From contig VJWM01000019.1 of the NCBI GenBank assembly GCA_010909165.1, forward strand, positions 186,001 to 250,000: a DNA stretch of 64,000 nt, in the 5' to 3' direction. Of the stretch, positions 61,753 to 64,000 are shown one piece after another. The DNA is from Anthoceros angustus (Eukaryota; Plantae; Anthocerotophyta). Below the pieces are notes generated by a model. That model was not told the origin of the DNA. It searched no databases and saw only the letters and a program-made list of their open reading frames with translations. A program made the translations under genes and the position numbers. Positions within the stretch are counted from its first letter, which is position 1; each line of letters begins with the position of its first letter.

Positions 61753-64000
61753 CACTACTACAATCAATCAAGATTTATGACGCGAAAAATGATGCCCGTG
61801 CAACGTGGAGGGTTGATTTATAACGCGGGCCACCTTGCCTTTTTCGTTGTTTATAACGTCACTCAAACTTCGTCATACTTTAAAAAAATAACGCGTCCAC
61901 CACAAGCGGTCAAGCCGGAGAACCCGGTTGCCGGTGCTAGAGGGTTTCCGGTGGGGACGTCCGTACCAGCACACAGCTAACTAGACGGGCCTTAACCCGT
62001 TGGGGTTAACCAAACCATGAGCAACGGTAACCGAAAACCCCCAAGCCAACTTCCACCGGGGCCCCGTACAGGCAAACGGAGACGGGCGCCCCGTCCGGCG
62101 CCACAGCCTCCAAACCCCGTCCCATCGACGGCAACGCACCCCGTTCGACGTAACGGCGAGTCAGCATCTCGTCCTTGCGGGTCGTCCCGTACACCCCATC
62201 TTCCGCGTTCGCACCATGGCGGTGGTGGGCATGTTGTTCGGCGCGGACACTCATGACCCTTTGCGGTTCGCCGATCGCTTTCCAGCGGCTCGGTGATTTG
62301 CGACCGTACGACTATTGCAGGTAGAGAGAGCAAAATCCAAAGCACAAAAGTTTAAATTTGAAAATGCAGCTATCCATCAATTCCCGCCAATTCAAACTAA
62401 CCGCAGATGTTGATCAGTAGTTAGCATAAACCACCACAATATAACTAAAACACGCTAACCATGGTTGACAAAATTGCCTCCATGGTTACCATATTACGCC
62501 TGCCTAGGTCGCCAACTCCCAACCACGGCCCAAAGCGTTGCGAGGATGCTTGTGGCAATTTTTTACAATTCATCCGCATCCATTTATAGTTTACTTACGG
62601 GCTACCCCTAATTGCACTGACATCATGAGTCCCATGTTCGCCACATGACGACTTGGTGCGTCGTGCCCCACCTTCCAAACCAACATCGGTCTCACATTCC
62701 GGGGCATACCTAGAGGAGGAAATCGAGGCTCCTTGTTTTTCTTCCGCTTGCTTCTATCTTCTGCGTCAAGCAAGACTCCGTTTATCTCTAGGGCCATTGA
62801 CTAGTCTTCGCTTTAGGGAGCCTTTCTTTTGGCTGCGATAAGCACCAAAATCACCACAACATTATGTCATAGAAGCCCATAACCGCAAAGACACCGCATC
62901 CACCGGGTTTTCTTTCACTCACCGCACTAATACCTCAAAACTAACCTTAGAATAATCTGTTGGATGCCTTCGGGCTGCAACATCAAAAATGGGGTGATTA
63001 GTCATCAAAACCCTCATACGTTTCCGATAGTGTAAACGGAGTCCAAGTGCATGCATTTCGTTCTAGTCCGGATTACCGAGTTCCGTGCAGTAGCCCGTGT
63101 TATCCTCCTGTTTTCACTATCCGCCAAAGTGAATGATGGTGTGGCCTGTAATGCCCTCCCCCGCTCACCATCGCAGTTCGAGATGGGCACATCGTCTCCT
63201 GCTGCCCGCCATCTGTGCCTCCACGGATCTTTGGTAGATCGTGATACAATTTGGGTCACCTGAGAACCCACCACCTGCCGTTGAGCGTCATGCACACATG
63301 AAATGAGAAGAACCCTTGGAAGAACTGAAATGGCTAGAAATGCACGTGTTCTACAAACCTGCCTCCAAATTGTTTTCATGCGTCTTCTTCAATTGCGCAT
63401 CCCTATAAGCTTGGATGGCATCAACACCATGCACGTTGCACCAGTCCTCTTCACCTTTTGTGGGAAGAACCCCCCACCGGGTCTTGAAGGCCTTGCGGAG
63501 GTCAGTGGCGCCACCCCGGCCATATGGATTGCACCCACCACCATCGTTCTTCTTCATCCGATCCTCCGTTGGCACTGGAGGCGAGGCCAAACACCATTCT
63601 TAGCGGTCCGGCTCTCGAACTCCAGGCCCGCACTTTTCGGTCCATGCCTCCTACATCACGGACCCAAGTCTCAAATCTCGATCATGGGTCCCTCCTTTCC
63701 GCATTTGCCTTGCCAGATATTCTCTTCAACACTTGGAAGTTCTTGGCCGAGCCAAACAGACGACTTGTGATGGATGAAATCTACATTGGTGGCCGTCGGG
63801 AAAGACCTGCACCCATCCACCATCTCGGCCTGAGCGAGACTAAATGTCGAGTGTATGGCTTCAACAATTTGACAACTCGAACTGACTCATTAACCCTTTT
63901 GTGGAACCCCGACTTGTCGATCGGGGTGAGGACGCCGAAAATTGCACACTCATCTGCATGTGCGCCCCTTGACAAGGTGGCTGCCTCACAGCTCAGACGA
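61753..64000. mobile_element. CACTA transposon left terminus and internal sequence, running off the window
   Basis: CACTACTACAATCAATC begins exactly where the copia integrase frame stops; AAC/GTT-rich subterminal motifs follow. Internal ORFs were not confidently identified. Confidence 0.75.

Noticed and set aside
49956-61753. The two CACTA termini as ends of one element
   Set aside because: They face away from each other and have different TIR sequences (CACTACAAGAATC versus CACTACTACAATC).

Overview
Eukaryotic land-plant genomic DNA. The short GT-AG introns, GC-rich exons and gene families point to a bryophyte, lycophyte or fern-like host, but the species cannot be determined from the window. 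Recognisable host genes: an intronless zeta-class GST; two intact dirigent (DIR) genes plus a chimeric copy and fragments; three near full-length CYP71-clan, CYP703-like P450 genes (one intact, two frameshifted copies of a second paralog in inverted orientation); two tRNA-Val(CAC) genes; and a decayed fatty acyl reductase (FAR/MS2-like). They lie among an APE-type LINE (two copies plus a partial duplication), CRE-like retrotransposon remnants, three Ty1/copia remnants, two unrelated CACTA termini and a three-copy family of unknown ORFs with a weak MBD-like motif. Much of 7-43 kb is a mosaic of near-identical duplications. Several joins occur at 9-14 bp microhomologies and the copies carry homopolymer indels, so copy number and frameshifts here may be partly assembly or consensus artefacts. 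The most interesting candidate system is a DIR + CYP703-like + FAR neighbourhood, possibly for spore-wall or phenolic-lipid polymer chemistry.
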